Origin: the human T2T-CHM13v2.0 reference genome, Homo sapiens
Reading direction: 5' to 3' (one strand)
Assembly (NCBI RefSeq): GCF_009914755.1
Contig: NC_060937.1
DNA length: 64,000 nucleotides
Each line of letters opens with the position of its first letter. Position 1 is the first letter of the stretch. The notes under the pieces were generated by a model. It saw nothing but the letters and a program-made list of their open reading frames with translations. It searched no databases and had not been told where the DNA came from. This document shows, piece by piece, positions 44,914 through 60,291 of this stretch. Both the position numbers and the translations under genes were made by a program.

Positions 44914-47588
44914 AGGGAACATGCTGTTTAGTTAGTAGTATGACAAAGCATTTATCTACATGTAATTTAAAAGATATCATTCAATACAATGGACAACAAA
45001 AGTCGGTGCCTCCATTATGTTCATGGTAATTAGAGGGATTTCGAGGAAGATGTCACCCCCTAGGGGCTCTGGTGGTCAGGAAGTCATCCTGGAGGGAGTG
45101 GGACTTGAGCCAGGTCGTGTCAAGTGGGAATGGGCTGAGCGAGGCACACAGGAAGTGAAGAGGGTCACTCCAGCTGTGGGAACCACCTGAGCATTGGCCT
45201 AAAAACAAAAAGGAGTGAGCAGCATTTGGTCAAAAAAGGGTAAAGTGATCTACTTGGAATTCACAGCTTACTTCTGGAGGAGTTGAGGAAAAGGAAGAAT
45301 GGTAGCTCATCTTCATCAAGCACTTAGTAAATGATATCAAGCACTGTCTATTTGCTATGTAAGTATTATGTATTTAATCTGCAGAACAACTCTATGAGAT
45401 TGATACTACTGAGTTACCCACGTCACATAAAAACTGAGTCTAAGGGAGAGTCAAGGGTGCACAGTGAGAGATAAGGATGCATAGGCCAACTGGGTCAAGA
45501 TTTTGAATGCTGCGACCAAGTACTTGTCTTTGCCCTGTATGCACTGATTTTCTTTCTTTCTTTTTCTTTTTTTTTTTACCTGCTTCAAGTTTTACCATGT
45601 TTTAATAATAACCAGTTGTACTACCCAGGTATGACATTAAAATTCTACCAGCTCCTCTCTCACCTATGCTATCCTGAGTAACATGGATCTAAGTATGCTT
45701 GCATCAAGATGAATCTCCTAGTCTCCACTCATTCTAGACTGTCACTCCTAAACCCTACTAACTGAAATTCCTTAGTTTATGCCTCTAACTCACCTCTTGG
45801 TTCCTCCATTCAAGGACTTATCTCCCAGCCATCAAAATCCACATAATGTAATTCATTTGTAGAGAAAATGACTGTGGAGTTTGAGAACTGTTTCATAGAT
45901 GAATGACATTAATTAAGGATATCATCTCTAGAAAGCCTGGAGTTTCTGTAAATTATAAACTATTCATCTCAATTCAGACAGTTAATTATCAACATAATAA
46001 ATATTTGATTCTTCCAGCTACCTATATAAACTATAGTATTTTAAAACTGTCTGACTCCAAGAGTCAGTAAAATAATCCCTATACTAGAAAAGTCACCATT
46101 TTATACTTTCTCCCCCATTACTTCTCATAATTTCCATACAATTACCTAGTATCAGGTGATATGTGTCTGCATATTAAAGATCATATTGTCAAGCAGGAAC
46201 TTTAATGTATCACCAAGCATTTGCTGTGCTTATGTAACAGGTAATGCGCAAATGCACTCATGATGCATATTTCGGCTTCCAAATAACAACCCAGAGTTTG
46301 GTTGTCAGATGGGTTGCTTCCATGCAGGGTTAATGGGGTATGTTGTGGTCAAGTGTTCAAACATGTTTAACATCATCAGTGCAAGTTCAGGTTTATTCAA
46401 AGGGCAGGTAAGGTAGAAAAATGGAGTATTGATGCTCACTCTGAAAGAGAATGACCAAAACAAAACCCAGGGGAAAATTACATACTAATAAATATACTCC
46501 AACATATATTATGGTTTCTAGTTTTTATTCAAAAAATTTAGAGCCATAAATGAAATATTTTCTTAATTTGCAGCTCTCTTCATTATATACCAACTTCAAA
46601 AATACACTGTGGTTCTGATGAAAAAGAGTACGTACCAGTGGATTTCTGAGATTTCTCTCCCTACTTTCCAATCTGTGCAATTTATTTTTTTCTTCTTTCT
46701 TCTTACTAGATTACCTGAGGGCAACTTCTGAAGCCTTGATTCAAAAAGCTAATGTGCTCAGAAGCCTAACAAGTCACTATGGAGCTTAATGTATTAAATG
46801 TGTTATTGGCAATGCAGGGGAATTCTATTAATTTTATATTTTATATCCTGCCCTTTCTTCAGCTACAACTGTAGCCTTTCTTTGAGTCACAAATTAAAAA
46901 GAATTTTATCTGGAATCAGATTTATTTATTCTTCAAATTTACTTCACTAGTTACTAAGAGGCCTTTTCTCAACATTCTTCAAGGGTCCTTACAAATGAGT
47001 GTCAACAATGGGAAAGTGTTATTTTCGTGTAACCCTGGATAAGTCATTTAGCAGCCCTGGATTCCAGTCTCTTCATCTGTAAAATAAGACAGTGGAACTA
47101 AATACTCTTTCCTGCCCTTTCAGGTCCTATGATGCTGTGATTCTAGTATACTAAAATGTTTTAGACAAACACTGAAGTTAGATTTATCATAAAATACCTG
47201 TGAATCAGATACGAAGTTCATACTAATTAGAATTTAACTTTCCTTGATTACTGGGCAATTAAAATATACTTTAATATAGAACAGCAAGGCTCTGACATTT
47301 TCTAATCCCATGCATGAATATTATGGATATGTGGAAATATACGAAACTGTCTCATTTAGGTATATCTAAAAGCTGATTTTCACAGCAAGAAGATTAGCTA
47401 AAGAGTATGTACACTATCAATAAGAACTAATTAAGCATTTTCTTTAGAAAAAAATTCTCTCAGAGCCTTTCTGAAGAAGACAAGATTGGCCAATTGCACT
47501 TTGGCACTAATACGTGACTGTAAACCAACAACATCAAAATATGTGAAGATTACATTCTGGCAGATGTGAGAAACAGCTTAATAATTAA

Positions 47589-48121
<533 letters not shown>

Positions 48122-48609
48122 TAAGTTCTTATTCTACTGTTTTTCCATGTATTTTGTGAAAAATCGACAAGTAGTAAAAGACACTGTCTCTGATCTTTCG
48201 AATCTCAAATCTGGGTAAGTAAATATGTATTATGTTTGGGGAAAAACAACAACAAAAGTCAGGCAAAACCCAAATATGAGTGACTATGGAGAAATTCAGA
48301 TAGAATCTATGCATGCTGAGGGATGTAACATGAATGGTAAGATTACCCTAAAAAGGCTGTGTAGGTGAAATGTTATAAAGAACAAAGACCATGATAAACA
48401 TAGCCACAGTGATTTTCATACAACTTCCACTGATGACTGTTACTTCTGAAGTGTGGACTGCCGGCCATCTGTTGAGGTTTACAGTTAAATGCCTGGTATT
48501 GCAGTCAGATTACCAGGCCCCACCCATCTAACTGTGCCACTATGGACAAGTAACTTAGGGCCTCAATGCCTCAGTTTCCTTTCTATAAAACGGAATAAAT
48601 AACGTACTT

Positions 48610-49012
<403 letters not shown>

Positions 49013-49672
49013 TTAACAAATGTTTTCTTAATAAATGATTTCTCACTGTTCCCCAATTCTGGGCTGGGAATATATTAAGGTATTGTTGTTTACCTCAAGG
49101 GAAATTGCAAAAGGGCTCAATTCAGTTTTTAAAAAATGTATGTCATATAGCTCATGTAAGATGTAGAAGTGAAGGCATAAAATCAATAAAAAAATTAATG
49201 AGTATTATATCTCCATAAAGGTTGGGAGTCATTGCTCTGGGGCAGAGGCTGGAGAAATGAGCATGCCCATGTATGTCCTTTATTCCACTGCTGTTATCTG
49301 ACATTCTCTAGAGACTCTATGCAGCACTAGAGTCTCCTTTTTTTTTCCTTCTAATTCTAGGGTAAGTTCACAATTGTTGGCCATTAATAGCTTCTGAATC
49401 GTTCTTGCATTTACATAGACATGATGATAAATAATCAGAGAAAACATTAAGCTAGCTTTGCCAATGATAAAAACATCTGTAAATTTATCTGGGTTTAGCA
49501 CATTCTTGGATAATTTTATCTTTTAAACAAATTGTGTAATTTCCAATTCCAAATCACAGTTTTTCCTTTTAGCACAAACATATTACCTTCTGAGGTGTGT
49601 TAATTAAGTGTAACAAGAAGCCTTCCTAGAAAGCCATGAGAAGGAACTGGACCACTGTAGACAGTTGTGGGG

Positions 49673-50094
49673 TGCTATGGTCTGATGTTTATGTCCTCCC
49701 AAAATTTCATACATTGAAACTGTCTCATTTAGGTATGTCTGAAAGCTGGTTTTTTAAATTTTCACAGCAAGAACACAAGTTAAAAAATAAAGTGAAGGTA
49801 TTAGGAGGTGAAGCCTCTGGGAGATGATTAGGTCATAGGGGTGGAGCCCTCATGAGTATTAGTGCCCTTATAAAAGAGGCTCCAGAGAGCTGCCTTGCTC
49901 CTTCTACCATGTGAAGACACAGTAGGAGGGTGAGGTCCATGAACCAGAAAAGCAGGCCCTTACCAGACACTGAATCTTTAGGTACCCTGATCTTGGACTT
50001 TGCAGCCTCCAGAACCACGACAAATAAATTTCTGTTATATGTAAGCCACTCAGTCTATGGCATTTTGTTACAGTAGTTGAAAAAGACTAAGACA
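49673..50094 (+). mobile_element. MaLR solo LTR (MLT1A-like) carrying a foreign ~70-bp insert
   Basis: TGCTATGGTCTGA..CCCAAAATTTCATA..TTGAAAC start, GTGGAGCCCTCATGA, CAGCCTCCAGAAC, AATAAATTTCTG, GACTAAGACA end. Confidence 0.85.
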
Positions 50095-50161
50095 CAGGGT
50101 AAACCTGCTTAAGCATTATCACAGAAGATGATTTAGGAATAGGCATGTCATGGATCCTTTA

Positions 50162-50297
50162 GTTTATTTTTATTTTTAAATAGAGATGGGGTCTCACTAT
50201 GTTGACAGGCTGGTCTTGAACCCCTAGCCTCAAATGATCCTTCCATCTTGGCCTCTCGAGGTGCTGGGGTTACAGTTGTGAGCCACTGCACCTGGCC
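50162..50297 (-). mobile_element. FLAM/Alu left monomer
   Basis: Reverse single monomer with TAGTTT flanks. Confidence 0.85.
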
Positions 50298-53200
50298 TAG
50301 TTTTTAAAAATGAGTTCAATTCTTGATTTATTTTTTCAAAGCAACTATTTAGACTTTCTTTGCCAAATGTTCTTTTATCTCAAGAAGCAGGAATCAGGGA
50401 AAGCATTCTTCCGACACCCTCTAGGAGTCCTGCGGGGAAAGCATTTTGTGCTCTAACATATGTCTCAGTTTTGGAGCCTCTGTAGCATGTCAGTGTGTGG
50501 GCAGACTTGGGAAAGTGCAGCAAGAACAGCAGAGCAGTCTGCTCTGGCAGACAGTATCACTTACAGATGCAAAGCCCGCCCAGTGCTAACGCAGTTTACA
50601 CACCCTGAAGACAGTCCTAAAAATTCCAGGAGCAAAAGCAAAACAGAAGACACAAAATGAGACACAGTCTCAAAGTGCTAACGGCATTTTCACATAATAC
50701 TTTAAGTTTATAATAATGACTTTCATTTCTATAACATCGTTCTGCTGAAGAGTTAAATATCCTCTAAAGACGTTTTATTCATTTTTAAAGTTACAATTCA
50801 TCCTGACAATGTTCCCATGGAACAGAAGGAAATTTGACTGCATCTTATAGGAGAGAAAACCCAAAACCCAATTAGATGAAACACGTCGATGTGATGAGGA
50901 AGCACGACTGGAAAGCTCACATAAGCTCTGCCGTGGCAACCCACGATGCCGCCCCCATACAAGGGAGCCTGCCAGGGTTGTTCCCTGACCCCGGGAGAGC
51001 TACACCAACAATGCTGTGAAGACCTACAAAAGCTTTAGGTTGGTAAGGTATTGCTGTGGTTTCAAAGGCTTAGATGCTGGTTTCCTTGCTAGGTAAGAAA
51101 CCTTGCTTTCAGATTTACAAAGAATTATGGCAAAGATTTCTACTGCAATCTGCCAGATCCCAACTATTTTTACAGTTCTTAGGCCAATAACACATTCTCT
51201 CTGAATTCTATAACAGTGTTTTTGAAACCACATACCATGGAACCTTCAGAGCTTCAGGGTCACTCATTTGAATTATTTCAATTTCAAGTATGTTAAGGCT
51301 AATCTAAGAGGATTACAACCCTCATCTCTGACTTCCCATCATGTTTATCAATAGCTCCTTTGGAGCTATTGTTTTTGGAGGTTGACTTTACACTAACAAG
51401 TTACTGCTCTTATCTTTTAAAATATTCTATCTACAGTTAAGTTTAAAAAAATGTTGTTTTCAAAAAATCTCCAGAAAATTGTGAGACTGGTTGCTCATTT
51501 ATCATTTCACAAATATTTATTGAGCACTTATGTGCAGAGTGTAGCACTAAGCTCGGGGGATGCAGTCATGAGTAAGGTGGGGACTATCTCTACTGTCATC
51601 TGCTATGCATACAACAAAGATCACCAACTGACAAGAGACTTCACTTTCCTGCAGTCACTCACGTTGACCTTTTACAAGAGGCTGAAAAAGCCTACGGATA
51701 TGGTGAGTTTTAAGCCCAACCTGCTGAGGAGTCTCTTGTTTTATGGTTGTTGAGCAGAGTCAACAAAGTCAATTTAATAAAATGCAGAGTATTTAGAGAT
51801 ATAAGCAAAGGGAAAAAAAATAAAAGCAAAGGGCAGCGCTTATTTACATTTTAGATTCTTGTATTAGATTTGGAGAAGATTCTTGAATATTTAAGGTGTC
51901 CTGTAGAACATACACTTTTTTTTACTTAGGAAAGCAGAAAATTGTAAGAACTGAACCAAGTCTCTGAAATTACTTCCTAGTTTTACTTCAGTCAAACCTG
52001 AGCTCAAAATATAGAGTGTATATAAATTTCAGTCTATAGCTAGAGGATTACAAATAGTAATTTTCCTTTCATTGAACTTTTTGGTATTCAAATCTTAATA
52101 GTTAACAATATTTAACAGTTATAGAGCAATTTAATGTTGGCTAGATACTACGCTAAATACTTTACATGCGTCATTTTATTTAATTCTTCCAACATCTAAG
52201 ATGATGGCATTATCATTCCCATTTTACATTCCCCTTCCGCCCTGGCCCCTCCCAAATCTCATGTCCTTCTCACATTTCAAATGTATCATTTTATTTAATT
52301 CTTCTAACATCTAAGGTGGTGGCATTATCATCCCCATTTTACAGATGAGTAAAATAGAGTTTAGGCAGATTAAGTAGATTAAGTTTGACCTTCTCTTTAA
52401 GATAGAGGTCACACAGTAGAAATGTTACTACATCAACCGCACAGTGCTGAGAAGATGAAATGGTGGGACATATACTTTTCAAATGAGAGCTCAGGTTTAC
52501 AACTTGCTCCTTCTTTTAAGAAAATATTACAGCCACAAGAGAAAATAATAAACTATCCCATGAAGGACTTGATATGGCTCAGCCTCCCACTGCTCAAAGG
52601 AAAGGCTGTTCTTCAGTTCTTTAATGTCAACCTCTCATTAAGTCAGGAAGAGCCATAGGTTTGTGTTCTCTTCGGGATTAAAAAAAAAAAAGGGAGCCTT
52701 TAGTCTCATCCCTTTCGTAGTCTTTTCTCTTACATAAGAAAATCCTGTTTCTGTTAGTTCCTCCACTTAAAGCAAGAGTTGCCGCAAAGGCAGCTGAAAG
52801 CAGCATGTAACACATCAGATGGACTGAGGACATCATGTTTATTTAACGGTAGATCCTCTTTCCTCAGCTCTGGGCTGCACTCTATTTCCAAACTTAGGCT
52901 TGGCATATGAGAAAACTGGGAGTGAGGAGTTAGGCATATTCATCTATGAATAACATAATCATTACATGTGCTAGGTGGTGGTGTTATTACTCACTTTTAC
53001 AGAATATTGACAGAGGGGTTTAACATTACTTCTCTCAGGATCAACTCTTCTTGTATAGAGAGTCTAAAATTCTGCTGTCTGATCAGTGCTATCTTATATA
53101 AAATAACTATTGATCTGAGATCCTGAAAGCACCGTAGAATATGGCTTTGCCTTAAGACTTACTATACAATTACATAACAAGTTGAATGTACTAGAAATTA

Positions 53201-56200
53201 AGGCAGGGTTGGGGGAGTACTAGAAAAAAACGTTCTCCCATTCATTAAAGTTACAAGGAAACTTCTTTCAAAATGGCTCCTAGAAAACCTCTGAAAAGAT
53301 ATAGCATGCATATTACATTATATGTGTGGGTTTATGTGTATTTATGTAGAGTTGGAAAAAGCTGATCCAAGAAGTAGATTTTAACTCCGCTTTGGTATCA
53401 GCATGCTTCAGAACTATTTCAGAATAATCACCTTATTTTTAAAAGTTCTGCTCATCAGTGAGAAGAACCAAAGTTGTGGTTTCTAAGAAAGTTACGCTTC
53501 CAGGAAAGAGAGAAAAATAAAATGACTAAGAAGTACATGGAGGGCTCTTATCATTTACTAATTCCTTGAGGCAGGATTCTATTTCAAGCAGTCCAGGTAG
53601 AAGAAACTAATGTATACCTTTAAAAAAGTTTTGAGAAGTACTTGCAAGAACTTTAGTGACCTCTCCTATTTATTTGGAAACTCTTCTTATGTAAGAAAAG
53701 TTCTACATCTACAAATACTTTTCCATACCTCAAACAGACCCAAATGCCAAGACCTATGGCATCTTTGAACTAAAGTTAAATACCGCTGTTAAGTCTGCTT
53801 TCAAATTCTCCATCTACAAATAAGAATTCAAGTCTGACTTTGGGTAGCATGGATTGGATTAGGAGATTCACTGCTAAATTTGGAATGTGAAGATCTAGAT
53901 GTGCCAGGGCTGTTGCAAAGTGGCTTTGTTCCATAGGACAAATAACTGAATTTCTATTTTGGAACTTCAATTTCATCACTGACAAAATGGGGTCAATACT
54001 ACCTATTGTGAATGTCCCAAGGGTTGGTTGTGAATTTCTCATGAGGGCATGGATGAAAGGGCGTTTTGAAAGGGTGAGTGTAGGTCTCCTGCAGGAGGGG
54101 TCTTTTCAAGATAGGCCTTTATAAACCCTTTTGGCACGCTGGTGGTAGGAGCAAAAAGCAGGTGACTGGGGCCTGTGTGATGGACATCCTGGAGCCTGGG
54201 TCAGCTACCCAGGGGGTGGTCTAGTAATGGGGGGTTGTGGGGGGTGGCAGCAACAGCAAATGAAGCCAGAAAAAGCAACACAGGAGGAACTGCTATAGAG
54301 CCCCAGGGCTTCAGGAGCAGGTAGGTAGACACTGAGGAGCAACGCAGGGAAGGAAAGCCTGCTGCCTAGGATGAGCATGACAAAACGATGCTCAGCACTT
54401 GCCAAACCTGCATCAGGACATGAAAAAATAAAACTGCAAGGTGACGTATGCATGTCTACGCATAGGTGAGCATACGCATGTCTCTACATTATTAGGGTTC
54501 ATTAATTTCTGATGGTGGCTAGTTGAGTTTACCTTTGATGAAGGCTAGTGTGTCAGAAAAGAACTCAACATTCATGCATCCTGGTGTTAAATTCTGAGGC
54601 CATGGTTGCACTTTCTAGTTCTACAGAGCCTTCTAGTGTTAGCCAGCTGCACTCTTTAGACCAAGGCCTGCTAATGTAATCAGTCACTTTTATGAGTACC
54701 TAAAATTATAGCTGCTAGGTACCCATTAAAATAACTTATTTATTCATTTATTGTTTATAAGAATTTGTGGTTAATGCATCCGTATTCATTGTTTAAGCCG
54801 TGGTTCATTACCACACATAACTGCAGGATGGGGTTCTGTTTTGCACATGTGCTCTTTGACCACCTGGGGACATAAGAGAACACATATTACAAATGCACAT
54901 ACATTTAAAGCATATGTTTTAGGTAGGAAAGAGGGGACGCTACTCTTATCCAATTGCAACTAAAATCATGACGTTGTGAAAGAGCTCACTATGAATGGAG
55001 TTGTGTCAGTAGCTCAGAAGTAGGCTCTGGTTTTCCTCCTCCAGTGTATTAAATCATTTGACATTTAGGTCACCTAGGATGAGGACTGAAGGGCATGCTC
55101 TAACCAGTACAATTGTAACCATACATATTTATAAATATTAAAGGTAATTATTATCCTTAAAATATATCTAACAAATGTCAACCCAGATTGTGACAAGGAC
55201 TGAATTTATATTTTGTAAAAGTATCACATGTGATAATTACTGTTTTTCACACACCAGGTCAAAATACTAAGTGTAAAAAGAAAAAGAAAATGCTCCTTTG
55301 TTAACACTTGTCATTGTTCTGCACGTATGTAATTTCTAGAATCAGAGGCCTCCAAATCTATTAATAATCACAAATTTGCAAAAGCTATGCATTATTTCAG
55401 ATAACACCAAGCAAAAATAGCACCAAGATTCTAATTTCACTTAATGATATTTTCAAGATACCCACCAGTTTGAAAGCATGCAAGTCAAGGGTATACCACT
55501 AAATAACTGAATCAGTAACTGTGGAAAAAGTTAAATGACGTATCATTTTTACATTTCAAGGATCGTAATGTCCTGCAAAATACGTAGTACACACCATCTG
55601 CATCGGGCAAAACGCTGTCAGATGCTTTCAAAATAGGTCTCTGGACCCAGAGAGAAATCAGCATTCTAATGACATTTCACAACGGTGTGGCACCTGGCTG
55701 GTAAAGATCTACAAAGGAAACCACCAAAAAAAAAAAAACTGTGCATTGCCACAGTTAGAAGTGTGTATATGTACATGTGGGCAAACAATGCAGGGACTAT
55801 ATTAATTCAATTATATTTTGGTTTCTTCATGTGATAAAACACACTAAGAGAAGTATTAAAGAGGTAAAGCAATAGATATCGATGTATTTAAAACTTACAA
55901 ATGAAATGAAACAAATATGAATTTTATTATCTCAAACAAGGCTAACTCCCAGGGCCAACATATGATGTAATACCTAAATATGTTAAATTGGTGAGGAATA
56001 GAAAGACCAACCTGTGACAAAGAGGCAATGCTGTCTTTACAAAAGTCTGTTAACACACAGCCGCAACATAACTTTACTAACTCATTCACCATAGCTTGAA
56101 TTCTCTTCCAAAGACAGAGCTCCTTTAGATACCTTTATATTCTTTATATATTTATATTTATATATGCCGTTATATTCTCCTTTAGATACCTTTATATTCT

Positions 56201-56443
56201 TCCAAAGACAGAGCTCCTTTTAGATACCTTTATATTAATTCTGAGCATTACTATACTGCCTGGCACCTAGTAGGTGCTCAAAATATGTCAGACTTTCAAT
56301 TAGCTCATTATTTTAATTAAGTGAAGTTTGATAAGAGTCTTAAAACATTCTATTTTATTTAAATTTTGTGTATCTTTCTAAAAAAATTAAGAGTGATTTA
56401 ATTATGGAGTTGAAACTAGAAGAATTAGCATATTTCAGTTTAA

Positions 56444-56773
<330 letters not shown>

Positions 56774-57992
56774 ATTTTCTTTCTTTCTTCCTTCAAATAT
56801 TTACTGAGTGTCTACTATGGGCCAGACCTTATGGTAGGTGCTGGAGACTTATAGTCTAAGAGAGGCACACATACTTCCTTACATGCACACAATTGAGGGC
56901 CATGACAAAAAGACATGGCAGGGATCCAGAGGAGGAATGAAGAACCCAGGCTGCCATCAGCAAAGAGGTGAGTGTTTTAGCTACGGAGAAGGCTGTTATC
57001 AAGGGAGAATATGCAAAAGGAAATGAAACTTTGAAGAACATGAACATTTAAAGGGTAGGTAAAGGAAAAGGACTGAATGAGAAGGACGCAGTAGATATGT
57101 CAAGGTTAGCTTAGTTATATCATATTGGGGAATTGAGTTAACCTAGCTCTCAAATTGTATTATCTATTAAAGGGTCAAAGTACATTTTAGCTAGTAGATT
57201 ACATAATTAATGTTAGCTATGTATTAGTCATGGCTGTACATAAATGAGTCTTGCATCCCCTTGTAATAATAGTCAACACTTATTTATTGCGTTTGGTAAA
57301 TACTGTCCTTTGAGCTTTATATGTAATATAGTGCATTTAATCCTCATGATAACCATGAAACAGGTATTATTAGCAAGCCCCATTTTACAGATTAGGAACC
57401 AGAGACTCAGAGATATAAAATAACTTGCTCGAAGTTACAGAGTTAATATATAGTAACTGAAATATGAAAATAGGCAGTCTGATTTATTGATCCCTACTCT
57501 ATTCTTTCTCTTTTCATTTTAAAGATTAAAATAAAACTGTTTTTCAAGACATGTCACAGAATGGGTCTGAGAAATAAATAAAATGGTATCTATGAACTGT
57601 GTGAAAACTGTGAAAAGCTTAAGAATGTAAAATATCATTGAAAGGTGGTTCTAACAAAGTACAATGTCCATTTCTGGCGAAAACTGACTTCATTGTTTCC
57701 ACTGGAGGGAAGTGTTGAAAACGATGAATTTGTGGAGAATCACTTTGGAGACTCGCCTCTATCACCAGAGGATGAATTATTTACCACCAATATAACCAGG
57801 CACACCTGGGAGCAAATTACTGATTCCAGGGCCCATTTGTAATCCCATATCAGATTCCTTTGTCACACAGAAGACAAAGTCGGACTGAAGTGATGTTTAA
57901 GTTTTAAGGGAGCTGATATCAGAAGTTGGTATTTTAATAAAAATAATATTATATATGATCCTTGTCTGTCCAGACCTTTAATCTGAATTAAC

Positions 57993-58369
57993 AGTTATGG
58001 ACTGAATGTCTGTGTCCCCCAAAATTCACACGTTGAAGCCATAATCCTCAATGCAATGGTATCTGGAGATGGGGCCTTTGGGGATTATTTAGATCAGGTC
58101 ATGAGGGTGGTGGGGCCCTTAGGATGGGATTAGTGTACTTTTATAAGAAGAGGAAGAAAGATCAAAGTTCTCTTCTTTCTCCACTTTTTGAGGACATAGA
58201 GAAAAGGTGCACTCTGCTAGCCAGCAAGAAAGCCTTCCCCGGGAACTGAATCACCAGATGGCTTGCTGTTGGACTTCCCAGCCTCCAGAACTGTGAGAAA
58301 TAGTCCTGTGGTTTTAGCCACACAATCTATGGTATTTTTTTAATGGCAGGCCAAGTTATGCCAAATACA
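57993..58369 (+). mobile_element. MaLR solo LTR (MLT1A-like)
   Basis: GTTATGGACTGAATGTCTGTGTCCCCCAAAATTCA ... GGACTTCCCAGCCTCCAGAACTGTGAGAAAT ... ATACA. Confidence 0.85.
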
Positions 58370-60291
58370 TTTAAATTTTAATATGTGGAGCTCTGGGAGA
58401 TATATTTTTGTTGTATATTACCACAGAGGAAATGATAGTGAAGAGTTTGATGATTTGCTTAACGCCAAAAGCCAACAGCAGGTAGAATTTGAATCTGCAT
58501 CCTTTGATTCCAAAGCTGTGCTCTTTCCATTGAGTTGTTTGGACTCCTGTTCTTTATATTTATTCACCCCATGTCAGTTTTAAAGGCCTTGGAAAAGTTA
58601 CTAGAGAATAAAAGCCTATACATTCAGTACTTCAGAGGCCACATCTCCCTCTGTGGCCAATTAACACTCGATTTACTTTGATGGTCATTTCCTATAGAGT
58701 ACCTATGTTCAGTTTTTTATCATTAGAAGGCCCTTTTCAGTGTGTGTTCTAAGACCACGGGCCCTCAGCTTGCTACAATCCTAGGGGAGGCCCAGCTTCT
58801 CAGCCCTCAGAAAGATAAATGGTTTACCTCTTTATACCAACATGGATTGACACTTTGCACAATGCCACTTAAAATTCAGTACCTGCTGATTCAGCTAAGA
58901 GATTAAAAAGAAAAAAAGATATTTATTCTTTGTTCATATGAAAATGTCGTATGCATTAATCCCATTAAACAACAGAGCCTGCATTTAAATCTCATTCTAA
59001 ATCCTATTTCCAGAGTTTTAATGTTTGAAGGTGTTTGTGTCTTCAAAGGTGTGACAATTAAAACTAAAAGACTGATCTTCAAATTCATTAACATACACAA
59101 GAGACAAAAAGCCAACAAATTAGCACAGCCAAAGGAAAAAGATTTTTAAAAAAATAGCCACACAAAGCCCATCCAGGGGGTGATGCTTTTTTATTGGACT
59201 AATTGCAAGGAAATATAAAAGGGTAAGCTTTTACTAATCAAGCTCTTTTCACTCAGCCATGAAGAACTGCTAGGCAGAGCAAGCAAAGAGACAGGGTGTT
59301 AATGTAAGCCTGATAATTAAATTCAGGATCAAGTGGATCAGAGGGAAGGCCAAAAACGTAAAAATCAGGTGGAGGTAAGAATTAGAATCCCAATCTTTTA
59401 TAATACTATATGGATTGTCGAAAGAAGAAGAGAAAGGAAACTTATGAAAGTTGGTTTTTTCTTTCTAAAGCATGAATAAAAGTGGTTATATTTAAAAGAA
59501 AAGTGAACAGTGACAATACTGCAGAGGTATTTTGTAGCATCCTGCCTTCTGTGACATAAAGCTCTTTCCTACATACTCATCTCCATTTATTTTCACATAA
59601 TCCCTGTGGAAAGAAACAGGCAAGATCAGGCATAAGGGACTCAATCTTGCCCCAGATCACATAATTAGAGAGTGACAGAACAGGTCTAAAATCTTAGCTT
59701 CTGAAATTCAGGTCAGTAGTCACCATTATTCTTCAAACATTTTGTCAGGCATAACAACGATAAACAGAGAAAGGGCAGAAATGATGTAACCAATGTTTAA
59801 AGATGTCTGTAATGTGAAAATATGTCTTGCTATCCTCTGAATTTGAGTATTTCTACTTTTCTGAAAATATTGACTAAGGAATGGGAAACAGCCATCAAAA
59901 TGTGGAAAGGGAACCACCAAAGTCAGGCGGCAGAAGTTCTAAGTTCTAATCCTAGCTCCTGTGCAAATTTGGACAAAATCATTCAAACTCCGGGCTTCAG
60001 TTTTCCTACCAATAGATGAGGACAGTGGAAGAGATGTCTTCATTTCACTGATCAATATGCCTTGAACCTGCTGCCACATGTGCTGTGCTTGGAGCCAGGC
60101 AAGGACAGCCTTCATACTGGAGGGCCTCAGGCTTGAGGAGAAGGTGGAAAGAACATTACACACGGGCCAACAAATACAGTAAATCATGATAAAAGTGATG
60201 CTATGCTCCATATGGTGGCATTGGATCAGAGAGGAAGAAGAGGCTGATGGGTGGGGGGACTGAAGGGAAGTCTTCACAGAAAAGCATTTTT

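Noticed and set aside
51349-51376. 10-bp stem, 3-nt loop and T-run (CAATAGCTCC-TTT-GGAGCTATTG-TTTTT) resembling an intrinsic terminator
   Set aside because: Rho-independent terminators do not apply in a primate intron. It is too short for a pre-miRNA and no Pol III gene is seen upstream.
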